DNA of 64,000 nt from Thermoplasmatales archaeon. Its GTDB lineage: Archaea > Thermoplasmatota > Thermoplasmata > Thermoplasmatales > GCA-001856825. The DNA is taken from contig DAHWIJ010000040.1 in the NCBI GenBank assembly GCA_027345195.1, forward strand, positions 7,830 to 71,829, in the 5' to 3' direction. Shown in pieces: positions 1 to 8,820 of the stretch (within the stretch, counting starts at the first letter, position 1; the number at the start of each line of letters is the position of its first letter). The notes beneath the pieces were generated by a model. It saw only the letters and a program-made list of their open reading frames with translations, made no database searches and was not told where the DNA came from. The position numbers and the translations under genes are program-made.

Positions 1-486
1 ATAGGAAGGTAACAGGTAGGAAACCTGCCAGGCGTTAAATTCTATATAATCCCCAGGGACAAATGGTCTTGACCATATCAGGAGGATACCACTGAAGAAA
101 TTAGAAAGAATCTGCTGTGCCGCCAGCCCAACTATGGCACCAGCAAACGCCCCTCCCAGGATGACTGAACTAAGGTCAACTCCCAGCTGGCCAAGTATAA
201 CTAGCAGTATTATGAAATATCCCAGCAACGACACTATGAAAATCAACGGACGCACGTACTTCTTGTGGAGTCTTTTCTCAAGGGTGATCTGCAATCCTCT
301 AAGTATTACCCTCAGGACTATGTACAGTATAACACCGAATAAGAATGCCTGTATGACCGATGTATACTGCTTGTAATTTGATGGGATTATGTGGAATATT
401 TGAATAAAAAAGTAAACAAGGGCTATCAGCAACAGACCTACTAGCACAACACCCAAGACCTTGCTGACTGTTCCCTTTCTCTCCAC
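1..486 (-). CDS. MscS-family mechanosensitive ion channel (N-terminal part, runs off the window edge)
   Basis: Not in the ORF track. Manual translation from GTG at 486 gives MERKGTVSKVLGVVLVGLLL...LGVDLSSVILGGAFAGAIVGLAAQQILSNFFSGILLIWSRPFVPGDYIE, matching the MscS TM3 and GD motif. The frame is open to position 1. Confidence 0.85.
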   Translation of the reverse strand, partial: MERKGTVSKVLGVVLVGLLLIALVYFFIQIFHIIPSNYKQYTSVIQAFLFGVILYIVLRVILRGLQITLEKRLHKKYVRPLIFIVSLLGYFIILLVILGQLGVDLSSVILGGAFAGAIVGLAAQQILSNFFSGILLIWSRPFVPGDYIEFNAWQVSYLLPSY

Positions 487-585
487 GTCTGGTTTACTCG
501 ATTATCTGATAAAAGTTTTGTGAACGTTGAACATCATTTTTTCTCAACAAATCAGGTTAAATACGCTATTTCTATACATGAAAGA

Positions 586-1230
586 ATGGCTACCTATACA
601 ATCACATATAAGAAGAGTAATTTCTCCAAGAAAGAATTGCAGGACATAGCTATTTCAGTGATTACTCTTTCTGTAGCCCTTTTCCTGATAATATACCGCT
701 GGACTTTCAAGGTTGATGGAATACCTGTCAGGTTGCAACTGCTCCCAGCCCTTGGAATAGGCTTCCTGATGACCATTACTGCATTTTTAATACATGAAAT
801 GAGCCACAAATTCACTGCAATTCACTTTGGAGCGTGGTCAGAATTCAGGATGTGGCCTATGGGACTTGTTCTGACCATTATAACAGGGCTTATAGGATTC
901 CTCTTTGCGCTCCCTGGTGCGGTTTACTTCGCAAGCTACAGGAATCCAATAAGAGAAGGAAAGATAGCTATGGCCGGTCCGATAGCAAATCTTGTCATGG
1001 GGGTAGCCCTCCTGCCTCTTCTCCTATTTGTGTCCCTTCCATTCGTTTTCTACGCCGCTGTGTTCTTCCTCGTATACATTAACCTCTGGCTGGGGCTCTT
1101 TAATATGCTTCCTATCCCTCCGCTAGACGGAAGTAAGGTGTTCGCGTGGGACAGAAAGTACTGGGCCACAATTTTTGTCGTTGCTGCAGTCCTAGTGGGG
1201 TACTTTTTCATCTCATTTGGGGTGCTCTAA
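586..1230 (+). CDS. Site-2 protease (M50 family membrane zinc metalloprotease)
   Basis: HEMSH, AGP and NMLPIPPLDG motifs, several TM helices. ATG 586 preferred to GTG 520. Confidence 0.9.
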   Translation: MATYTITYKKSNFSKKELQDIAISVITLSVALFLIIYRWTFKVDGIPVRLQLLPALGIGFLMTITAFLIHEMSHKFTAIHFGAWSEFRMWPMGLVLTIITGLIGFLFALPGAVYFASYRNPIREGKIAMAGPIANLVMGVALLPLLLFVSLPFVFYAAVFFLVYINLWLGLFNMLPIPPLDGSKVFAWDRKYWATIFVVAAVLVGYFFISFGVL

Positions 1231-1290
1231 TAGCCTGGGACCAGACAAGACACCCATAAGGGTAGAGTTGCTAATTGCCCTTTTATATCT

Positions 1291-1941
1291 TTACGAAGGT
1301 CTAGGACTTTCTTTGACTTTCCTCTTAAGATACAGTCTGTAGAGGATGTAGACGACAAATCCTAGAATGAATACCACCAGAAGAACAATTCCTATCCTTT
1401 CAATTATCGGGACCAAAGTGTTCCAGGACTTTCCTACTGCATAACCGCCTGCTGCGAGCGCTGTAGACCAGATCAGGGAGCCCGACAGAGTGAAGACAGA
1501 GAATTTACCTACCTTCATCTTGGAGACTCCGGCAGGGATGCTCATATATGAGCGAAACCCAGGTACAAATCTCCCGAAGAAGACAGTCCATTCTCCCCTT
1601 TCGTCAAACCACCTTTCAGTTCTTGCAAGATGCTCTTCCTTTAGACCCGCGTACTTTCCAATGAACAGGATCAAAGGTCTCCCGCCAAATGCTGAGATGT
1701 AATAGAGGAGCAAGTTACCCACGTACCCCCCTATTGAACCAGCCAAAGCATAGATAACAAACGAAATGATACTCCCTGACGAAAGAAAGCCTGCGAACAC
1801 CATTATTACCTCTGATGGGAATGGCAGGCCGATTCCTTCAAAAACCATCAGCAGAAAGACTCCTGCAGGGCCAAAACTACTCATTATAGATAGAGATTCC
1901 TGAATGAGATACGTGATCAACCCAGATATTGTGAAACTCAC
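1291..1941 (-). CDS. DedA family membrane protein
   Basis: EGIGLPFPSE and FFGRFVPGFRSYMSIPAG motifs. Confidence 0.9.
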   Translation of the reverse strand: MSFTISGLITYLIQESLSIMSSFGPAGVFLLMVFEGIGLPFPSEVIMVFAGFLSSGSIISFVIYALAGSIGGYVGNLLLYYISAFGGRPLILFIGKYAGLKEEHLARTERWFDERGEWTVFFGRFVPGFRSYMSIPAGVSKMKVGKFSVFTLSGSLIWSTALAAGGYAVGKSWNTLVPIIERIGIVLLVVFILGFVVYILYRLYLKRKVKESPRPS

Positions 1942-2071
1942 GGTTTCCTAAAACCGTTATCTGTCGTGGTTTATAAACTTAGGCCAGGTGACCTAATCTA
2001 CGAAGGAATAGTGGATGGCTAAACTTTTAATGCACCTACCATATCGTAGTTCCAAAAACTTCGTGGCTTCA

Positions 2072-2689
2072 ATGAACGACAGCATAATGGAAAGGATAGA
2101 TAGGCTGAATAGGAAGTATTCACAGTATGGAGAGGTGCATGACTATTCCCTGGAAGGCAGTACAGAAGAAGTACAGATCCCGTGGAATGTCGCTAAGACC
2201 ATTGCACTTGAAAGGGATGGCTACAAGTGCAGGATTTGTGGTCGGGCACCGATGATATCTGAAAATATCGATGGCGTGGAAAGATTAAGGGTAGAAGTAG
2301 AGGTCCACCACATAGTTCCTAGGATCGTAGGTGGCTCAGATTCAACCAAAAATTTGATAACCCTCTGCAAGGACTGTCACATTAAGACGTTCAAGAACAG
2401 TTACAAGGGCGTGCCTAAACTCGAAAGGGGGTTGGATGAAATGGTTGAGGTTCTAACAAACAGCAGATTACTTCTGAAGTATGGAACAAACTGTCAAAGC
2501 TACTCCCTGACGTCTTTCCAATACAGGAATGGAACTGTTATCCTCAAGGAACCTATTGAATGTAAAATTTGTAATTTCCCCAGCCTGAAAAGGATAAATG
2601 ACATAGTCTTTGGTAATGACCTTGACGTCGAGGAAATCGTAATAAAAGATAAAAATAGAAGATTTTGCTTGGGGATAATAGAAAAATGA
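2072..2689 (+). CDS. HNH endonuclease-domain protein
   Basis: ALERDGYKCRICG...EVHHIVPRIVGGSDSTKNLITLCKDCH is a Zn-binding HNH signature. Start 2072 or 2015. Confidence 0.85.
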   Translation: MNDSIMERIDRLNRKYSQYGEVHDYSLEGSTEEVQIPWNVAKTIALERDGYKCRICGRAPMISENIDGVERLRVEVEVHHIVPRIVGGSDSTKNLITLCKDCHIKTFKNSYKGVPKLERGLDEMVEVLTNSRLLLKYGTNCQSYSLTSFQYRNGTVILKEPIECKICNFPSLKRINDIVFGNDLDVEEIVIKDKNRRFCLGIIEK

Positions 2690-2698
2690 TATTCCCAA

Positions 2699-3121
2699 TC
2701 AGAATCTGCTTCTGAAATTCCTGTTGTTGTTAAAGCTTCTCCTAGGCCTTCTATCAACCTCGTCAGGCTGATACTCTTTCTCGCTCATGTCCAGAGACTC
2801 GTTGACGCTCTCAACGACGGAATCGGACTTTTTGATTGCTCCATATTTTCCGACATTGAGTCTCATGTGGCCTCTGACAAAGCTCACGTACCCGTTCTCA
2901 ACAACTATGGTGTCACCATTCTCAACCTGGTTCGCCTGTTCATTCCAGAGTGACATTGTCACTTTTCCGGTTTCGTCTCCAAGAACTGCCTCGACAACTT
3001 TTTTCTGCTCGCCGTACCTTGTCTGTATGTCCTTCGGTTCGCCAACATTCAAAACTTTTGCCAAAACAGTCACCCTTTTGGACCCCTGATTGAGGTCCTT
3101 CACTTTTGTAAATTCGTCCAT
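2699..3121 (-). CDS. Single-stranded DNA-binding protein (single OB-fold SSB/RPA)
   Basis: KVKDL...LGDETGKVTMSLWNEQ...NGYV...LNVGKYG OB fold with a charged, Arg-rich C-tail. Confidence 0.88.
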   Translation of the reverse strand: MDEFTKVKDLNQGSKRVTVLAKVLNVGEPKDIQTRYGEQKKVVEAVLGDETGKVTMSLWNEQANQVENGDTIVVENGYVSFVRGHMRLNVGKYGAIKKSDSVVESVNESLDMSEKEYQPDEVDRRPRRSFNNNRNFRSRF

Positions 3122-3492
3122 ATACTACCAATCCTTTGTCTAGAGCTATTTGCTCAACCTCCACAGGCTAATGTACTTATTAACCTTTTCTACTGACCTA
3201 AGCCTGACAAACTACAACAAAATCATTCAAAATTTATGACAATTAAAGAATCACACTTAATCAAACTAACCATTCACCGAATCGGGACAAATCATAATGT
3301 TAGCATATGTATCACATTCGTCAAATGTTACACTAAATCTAAAATAAATAATGACAAAATTTTTGATGATAAATCAATTTTTCATCCATTGTATAAATCT
3401 CATATGTGTTTTTATAGAAAAGTACGGATACACTTTATAGCTGAAAAATCAAGATTTAAATACGAGTATTACTTCTGACGAATTGGTGAGGC

Positions 3493-3885
3493 TTGGTGTC
3501 AATTGGTATACATCTGGTTGGGGATCTTAAAGGTGTTGATCCTGAAAAGATATCAGATGTCGAAACTATGCAGAATGTCATGGAATCTGCTGTGAAATAT
3601 GGAAAACTCACCAAAATTCGGTCCTACTATCACCAGTTCACCCCAAGTGGTGTCAGTGGAATTATTCTGCTGGCGGAATCTCATCTGAGCTTCCATACTT
3701 GGCCGGAATACGGTTTAGTTGCCCTTGACATTTTTACCTGTGGCCCGACAGAAAATGCGGAGTCCGCTCTGGAATACATACTAGGCAAACTCACTCCTTC
3801 CAGCATAGAATATAAGAGGATAGAGCGTGGAGTGGAGTTTCCACGTGGAAATCAGAAGGAAAAGGTCCTAGAAGCAACTGCCTGA
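3493..3885 (+). CDS. speH: S-adenosylmethionine decarboxylase proenzyme (pyruvoyl-dependent, SpeH type)
   Basis: GVSGIILLAESHLSFHTWPEYG...DIFTCG with the E-SH autocleavage site. TTG start follows a GGTGAGG SD. Arginine decarboxylase specificity cannot be excluded. Confidence 0.85.
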   Translation: MVSIGIHLVGDLKGVDPEKISDVETMQNVMESAVKYGKLTKIRSYYHQFTPSGVSGIILLAESHLSFHTWPEYGLVALDIFTCGPTENAESALEYILGKLTPSSIEYKRIERGVEFPRGNQKEKVLEATA

Positions 3886-3896
3886 GAGGCAGGAAA

Positions 3897-4403
3897 TCAA
3901 AAAAGATATTCAAGAAGGGAAGACAGTTCTAGACCTTTGTCCCATTTCATTAGGTAGGCGCCGCCCCTCGTAGTTTCTAGTTTAGGTATGTTCTTTGCAA
4001 ATATCCTGTATCTTCCCTCATATTCGGAGTCAAAAGTAAAAATCCTCCAAGGATCTCCGCTGACATTCTTGAGTCTGAAGGCGTATAAGGGCATCACGCC
4101 GGTTTTAGTTATCATATCAACGTACTCCTCAGCCTGCTCCTGCGACCTATTAGAGGAGGAGGAGAAATTAAGCGTTCTCTCCTTGGAACTCTTTATTTCG
4201 ATGGGTATACTGAGGTCGTGTCGGAGGATAATGATGTCAAAACCATGACTGCCTGCAGCTCTTACAACTAAGAAAGGCCTTGACTTGATCCTACTCTTAA
4301 TGTCCTCCCTTATCCACCCTATCTTGTTTAGCTGTGAATCATTCCCGGATAGTATCAGTTTCAGCTCCCTCTCGTAAACGGTTCCGTTTGTCAAAGTATC
4401 CAC
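3897..4403 (-). CDS. hjc: Holliday junction resolvase (Hjc-like PD-(D/E)XK nuclease)
   Basis: GTVYEREL, VVRAAGSHGFD and IEIKS motifs. Confidence 0.8.
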   Translation of the reverse strand: MDTLTNGTVYERELKLILSGNDSQLNKIGWIREDIKSRIKSRPFLVVRAAGSHGFDIIILRHDLSIPIEIKSSKERTLNFSSSSNRSQEQAEEYVDMITKTGVMPLYAFRLKNVSGDPWRIFTFDSEYEGRYRIFAKNIPKLETTRGGAYLMKWDKGLELSSLLEYLF

Positions 4404-4406
4404 CCC

Positions 4407-5360
4407 CTATTTTGCACCCTTGCCGTACAGATAACCGAGGAAACTTTCAAGTTGTATAATTTCCCTCGCACCCTCGGATATCCTAAAATCGATATCACCA
4501 AGCACGAATAGAATGTCAGCCTTTAGTTCGTCGTTTACTGGCAGGTCGTAAACTACCCTGTGGAACTGTTCAACCACATCCTGCCCCGAGATACCCTGCC
4601 TGATGACCGCATCCTCCAGCATAGACTTTGCCTTGGAAATGTCACCCTTCAGTGCGAGGCTCAGAACCTGTACCGCCCAGTCTTTGTGCACCAACCCTGC
4701 TGCTTCATAAATTGAGTTTACGGTAATCTTCTGAGAGTATGTAGCAGCGACCTGGAGAGTATTAATAGCCTTCCTCATATCTCCGTACGACAGTTCAGCT
4801 ATTACTTCCAGCGACCTCTTCTCATATTCTATCCCCTCCTTCTTCAAAATGTCAGCAAGCGCTGATATTACGGCCTCAGACGGAATTGCCTTGAATCTAA
4901 AGATTGCAGTCCTCGACTGAATCGGTTCTATTATCTTAGATGAATAATTGCATGAGATTATGAAACGTGTTGTTCTTGTGAAGTTTTCCATTGTTCTTCT
5001 TAGAGCTGCTTGAGCCTCATCCGTCATGTAATCAGCCTCGTCCAAGAACAATATCTTGAAACCGAGTGGATTGTTAGGTAAGATTCTTGAATATTCCTTA
5101 ACGGTCTCCCTCACCATCTTAATTCCTCTGTCGTCAGATGCGTTAAGCTCCAGGAAGTTCTCTTTCCATTCCTCTCCGTAGAATTCCCTAGCGAGCACCG
5201 TCGCAGCTGTCGTCTTCCCAGTCCCGGGTGGGCCAGAAAATAACAAATGCGGGATGTTTTTCTGCTGAACATAACCCTTTAGTCTTTCCGTCACTGCGGT
5301 TTGACCAACAATCTCGGTAAGCTTTTTCGGCCGGTACTTTTCAATCCAGATTTCGTCCAT
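4407..5360 (-). CDS. rfcS: Replication factor C small subunit
   Basis: WIEKYRP, GPPGTGKT, ELNASDDRG, LDEAD, IQSR. No intein. Confidence 0.97.
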   Translation of the reverse strand: MDEIWIEKYRPKKLTEIVGQTAVTERLKGYVQQKNIPHLLFSGPPGTGKTTAATVLAREFYGEEWKENFLELNASDDRGIKMVRETVKEYSRILPNNPLGFKILFLDEADYMTDEAQAALRRTMENFTRTTRFIISCNYSSKIIEPIQSRTAIFRFKAIPSEAVISALADILKKEGIEYEKRSLEVIAELSYGDMRKAINTLQVAATYSQKITVNSIYEAAGLVHKDWAVQVLSLALKGDISKAKSMLEDAVIRQGISGQDVVEQFHRVVYDLPVNDELKADILFVLGDIDFRISEGAREIIQLESFLGYLYGKGAK

Positions 5361-5457
5361 TTCCCCTAGTAATCATCGTATAGGAATAAATAACCTTTCG
5401 TAGAAGGGCCTAAGAAGGATTTTATATCCCGAAACATTTTGGAGAAAGGGAAGTTAA

Positions 5458-5979
5458 ATGGTAAGAAAGCCGGGTAGAATGTACAGGAAAATCACAGGAC
5501 CAGCATATACCAAGAGGGAGTACATGGGGGGTGTCCCAGCATCCAGGATCCAGCAGTTTGTTGCCGGCGACATAAACGGGAAGTACGATATAGAACTGAG
5601 GTTAGTGGCTGAGGAATCGTGCCAGATAAGGCACACAGCCTTGGAAGCAGCGAGAGTAAAGTCCAACAGGTTGCTGATGAGGGACTTCGGGGAGAAGGGT
5701 TACTTCATGAGGGTTAAAACATTTCCTCATCACGTCATAAGGGAGCACAAGATGGCGACTGGGGCTGGCGCTGACAGAATTTCGAGCGGGATGAGCCTGG
5801 CGTTCGGGAGGCCTGTGGGGACAGCAGCAAGGGTTAGAAAAGGTACAGCAATCCTTGTGGTAAGGATACCTAAGACAGGAGAGAAAAAGGCCAAGGAGGC
5901 CCTAAGAATGGCTTCTCACAAGATTCCCACCCCTTCAAGGGTGGATGTCATAGACCTTACTGTTCCCTCTTCGTCTTGA
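5458..5979 (+). CDS. rpl10e: 50S ribosomal protein uL16 (L10e)
   Basis: RKPGRMYR, ALEAAR and GAGADRISSGMSLAFGRP motifs. Confidence 0.97.
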   Translation: MVRKPGRMYRKITGPAYTKREYMGGVPASRIQQFVAGDINGKYDIELRLVAEESCQIRHTALEAARVKSNRLLMRDFGEKGYFMRVKTFPHHVIREHKMATGAGADRISSGMSLAFGRPVGTAARVRKGTAILVVRIPKTGEKKAKEALRMASHKIPTPSRVDVIDLTVPSSS

Positions 5980-6559
5980 TTATATTTTTAAATTCCTTTT
6001 CGATAATAGAAAGTTCCGCTTTCCCAATTGTGTCCCTGTTGACTGACGCAATGAAAATGCCATTTCTTTCGAGCACCTTATCCTTCAGAACGGTCAGAAA
6101 CTTTATCACATTTTGAACGGAATTGGACGTTGAAAAGATGTAGTCTATGCAGTCGACGTAGAGTACCCCCTTTTCATTGAAATTACTTACTACGTACTCC
6201 TGCATCTGGCTAAGTTGCGTTGGATTGAATCCTCCGCTAGATTCGTCATACGTAATTGGCGCAAATTTCAGATTCTTGTATGATGATAGGTTATTCCTGG
6301 TCTCCCTTGTCAGTATCACGGCAGGGATGCCTTGCTCAACGATGTTTGAAAGTATTTCCATTCCCTTACGGTTGTTCCTTTCGTAGATGAGATAGGTTTC
6401 TCCGTAAACTAACTTCACCGCATTTCCTTCTACATTACCTGAGGCTTCCCTTTCCAGTCTCTTTATGAATTCGTCGCTTATTCCCTGACCCCTAGCCTCA
6501 AGAATCGCGAATTTGATGCCATCCCTGTAGCCCTCCCTGTAGCTTTTGTTGTCGTTCAT
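5957..6559 (-). CDS. DUF835-domain protein (degenerate KaiC/RecA-like fold)
   Basis: YLIYE...VILTRE...NPTQL...VLYVDCIDYI...IKFLTVLKDKV pattern. Coupled to speB by an ATGA overlap. Confidence 0.7.
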   Translation of the reverse strand: MNDNKSYREGYRDGIKFAILEARGQGISDEFIKRLEREASGNVEGNAVKLVYGETYLIYERNNRKGMEILSNIVEQGIPAVILTRETRNNLSSYKNLKFAPITYDESSGGFNPTQLSQMQEYVVSNFNEKGVLYVDCIDYIFSTSNSVQNVIKFLTVLKDKVLERNGIFIASVNRDTIGKAELSIIEKEFKNIIKTKREQ

Positions 6560-7395
6560 TTCTTTGTTGTTTCTTGATGAGAAACTACTTCTTGAATGAT
6601 TCGGGCCGCCAGCATGGAGGTGTTGCCGTTGTCGAACAGAGGGGTGATCTCATTTACGTCAAGACCTACCAGGTTGTCGCCTATAGCGTCCAGGACATCG
6701 AACAAGATCGTAGGATTCAGGCCGAAAGGTTCAGGTGTACCCACACCCGGCGCATATGCAGGATCGAATCCGTCGAAATCTATTGACAGATATACCTTAG
6801 AATTGCAAAATTCCTTTAGAAATGACTTCATTCTCTCGGGATTGGAATTGACCTCGTAGCTTGTAAAAAAGGTCTGTGGTCCAGCCTCAAGCTCTTCTGT
6901 TGAGACGGACCTTATGCCCAGCGACACCACGTTTTCCTTCCCTACTATCTCGCTGACCCTCCTTGCTACGCACGCGTGTGAAAATCTTTCCCCCATATAA
7001 GAGTCCCTGTAATCGGAGTGTGCATCTATGAAAACAACCTTGCTTCTTATTCGTCTTAATGAGCCTACGGTTATGCTGTGCTCGCCGCCAATCATTATTG
7101 GGAATTTGCGGTCAGAAACAATCTTGTCTGTGACGGAGTACACTTCCTCCAGCATCTCTTCAGGCCGATGACTTTCTTCTATGTCTCCCATGTCGAATAT
7201 CCCAGAATTCCTGAGGTTCACGCCCTTTCTAATTGAATAACTTTCCATATTGTAGGATGCCTTTCTGACCTCATTTGGCGCAAGCTTTGCTCCTGGCCTA
7301 AATGATACTGTTGAGTCGAATGGCACCCCAAATAACACATATTTTGAATCTTCATAACTGTCAGAGGAATCGCAGAACTTGAGGCGGGCTGGCAT
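6556..7395 (-). CDS. speB: Agmatinase (ureohydrolase family)
   Basis: GVPFDSTVSFRPGA, GGEHSIT, DAHSD, SIDFDGFDPAYAPGVGTPEP. Confidence 0.93.
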   Translation of the reverse strand: MPARLKFCDSSDSYEDSKYVLFGVPFDSTVSFRPGAKLAPNEVRKASYNMESYSIRKGVNLRNSGIFDMGDIEESHRPEEMLEEVYSVTDKIVSDRKFPIMIGGEHSITVGSLRRIRSKVVFIDAHSDYRDSYMGERFSHACVARRVSEIVGKENVVSLGIRSVSTEELEAGPQTFFTSYEVNSNPERMKSFLKEFCNSKVYLSIDFDGFDPAYAPGVGTPEPFGLNPTILFDVLDAIGDNLVGLDVNEITPLFDNGNTSMLAARIIQEVVSHQETTKK

Positions 7396-7782
7396 TTACA
7401 CACGCACGATCTTCCTTTTACCCATTGACTCCCAATATTCGACCTCTACCCCGCTTGCTGCCTTATCTTTGAATTCTTCCGGTATTGGAATGTTGAACTG
7501 TTCAAAGGTCTCCATATCCATGAGGAGCCCTTCGTTCTGAGATATGCTTAATATTTGGGCAGTCTTCTTTTCAATGATTGGTACCTTGACCTTGTGCTTT
7601 GTAGGGTAAACGACACTCCTTTTCTGATTATCGAATATTCCGATTGCCACTATCCTGGCCTTTGCTTCTCCGTGCTTCCCAGGTTTTGAGGTTGTGATCT
7701 CCACTATCTTACAAGGTTCTTCGTCAATCAGAATGTATTTGTTCTCCTTTAACTCCCTGACCTCTTGATCCTGCCAAGTCAT
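7396..7782 (-). CDS. eif5a: Translation factor aIF5A (eIF5A)
   Basis: Hypusination motif [10 protein letters not shown]. Confidence 0.97.
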   Translation of the reverse strand: MTWQDQEVRELKENKYILIDEEPCKIVEITTSKPGKHGEAKARIVAIGIFDNQKRSVVYPTKHKVKVPIIEKKTAQILSISQNEGLLMDMETFEQFNIPIPEEFKDKAASGVEVEYWESMGKRKIVRV

Positions 7783-7930
7783 CTGTTATCTCTGGTTAAA
7801 GATAGTGTTTTATATATATCTTGGGTTTTTCCCTTAAGTCATTTCTCTTCAGTATTAGAAGGTCGCGTCTCCTTCATGTGTATGGGACAGTTTTCCACTT
7901 CCAACTGAGCATCCAAATTCAATTTTAAAA

Positions 7931-8196
7931 TTGATCAGTGGTGAAGGGCCTAACTCCTTGAGGAGAGAGAATAATAGTTAGAAAATTAGTAATCCCCTCC
8001 GCTTTGGATTGGATGCTCCTAGGGCAACTTGGCACAGGAAGGGAAGTGCGCCCGACATTAGGCGACCCTTTCCCTAATAAGAGGAACGGCATCCTAGAGT
8101 GGGGATAGGCTGCATAAAATTACCATGCCCTCCAGAAAGAATGGGAAGTTTGGGCACTTAGTAAAATACTGACCAATAAGCAGAACTTCGAAGTTC
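7931..8196 (+). ncRNA. Structured non-coding RNA candidate with RNase P RNA-like architecture
   Basis: Lies in a 420-bp intergenic gap with no ORF. Nested helices: 7931-7939/8168-8176, 7997-8007/8094-8104, 8011-8016/8089-8094, GCAA-capped 8019-8032, 8040-8046/8069-8075, 8049-8052/8061-8064, 8126-8130/8152-8156. Many G-U pairs and the GNRA loop favour the + strand. Confidence 0.5.
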
Positions 8197-8204
8197 CTTG
8201 ATGA

Positions 8205-8642
8205 CTACCCCTGTCCTGTGGTTGCAGGCGCGGTTTCGATTATTCGGCTGGAAACATTTACCCTCACCCCACCTCTTTTTAAAATAACTGAGATGTTGCA
8301 GTATTTCTCCTGGCTAAGCGAAATCGCCCTTTCAAGGCTGTCCTTTGATACCTTGCCGTACACCACATACTCTAGATTTATGTCAGTAAACACTTTTGGA
8401 TGTTCAGGCGCTCGAGTGCCCTCTGCGATAACTTCGAAGCCTATCACTGGTTCCCTTTTCTTTTTCAGTATAGAAATTACATCCATTGCAGTGCATCCGC
8501 ACATGGCCTGTAGCAACATCTCAGTTGGAGAGCTTCCCTTTTGGGAATCCCTATCGTCAGAATTATCCAAGATTGTATATCTGTGAGAATCCCCCGAAGC
8601 AATGAATGTCAAACCATTAACCCATTCCACCTTTGCCCGCAT
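8205..8642 (-). CDS. OsmC/YhfA family protein
   Basis: GSSPTEMLLQAMCGCTAMD and SQEKYCNIS with the conserved Cys. ATG 8642 (MRAKVEW) preferred. Confidence 0.9.
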   Translation of the reverse strand: MRAKVEWVNGLTFIASGDSHRYTILDNSDDRDSQKGSSPTEMLLQAMCGCTAMDVISILKKKREPVIGFEVIAEGTRAPEHPKVFTDINLEYVVYGKVSKDSLERAISLSQEKYCNISVILKRGGVRVNVSSRIIETAPATTGQG

Positions 8643-8820
8643 GTATTCGCAATAATGGGTGGTATTTATCTTTATATGAGCTGTTTCTAAGAATCTAGTC
8701 CCCCCGGTAACCCTCAGGGATGGCCTCCTATTATTCTGTGCTAAGAACACCAATACTAACCTCAGAAATAACGATGTTGTGACAAAGAAATGGTTAATAA
8801 AGTAGTTCTAATGGAGCCTG

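Noticed and set aside
3236-3478. 80-aa ORF in the AT-rich intergenic region
   Set aside because: Atypical composition, no motif, and it overlaps the probable speH promoter.
8046-8064. GTGCGCCCGAC resembling a group II intron 5' end (GUGYG)
   Set aside because: No domain V/VI and no reverse transcriptase nearby. The segment fits as an internal hairpin of the larger structure.
7931-8196. SRP RNA, T-box, cobalamin, FMN or TPP riboswitch as the identity of the structured region
   Set aside because: No SRP helix-8 CAGG...GGAA...AGCA motif and none of the riboswitch consensus cores on either strand.
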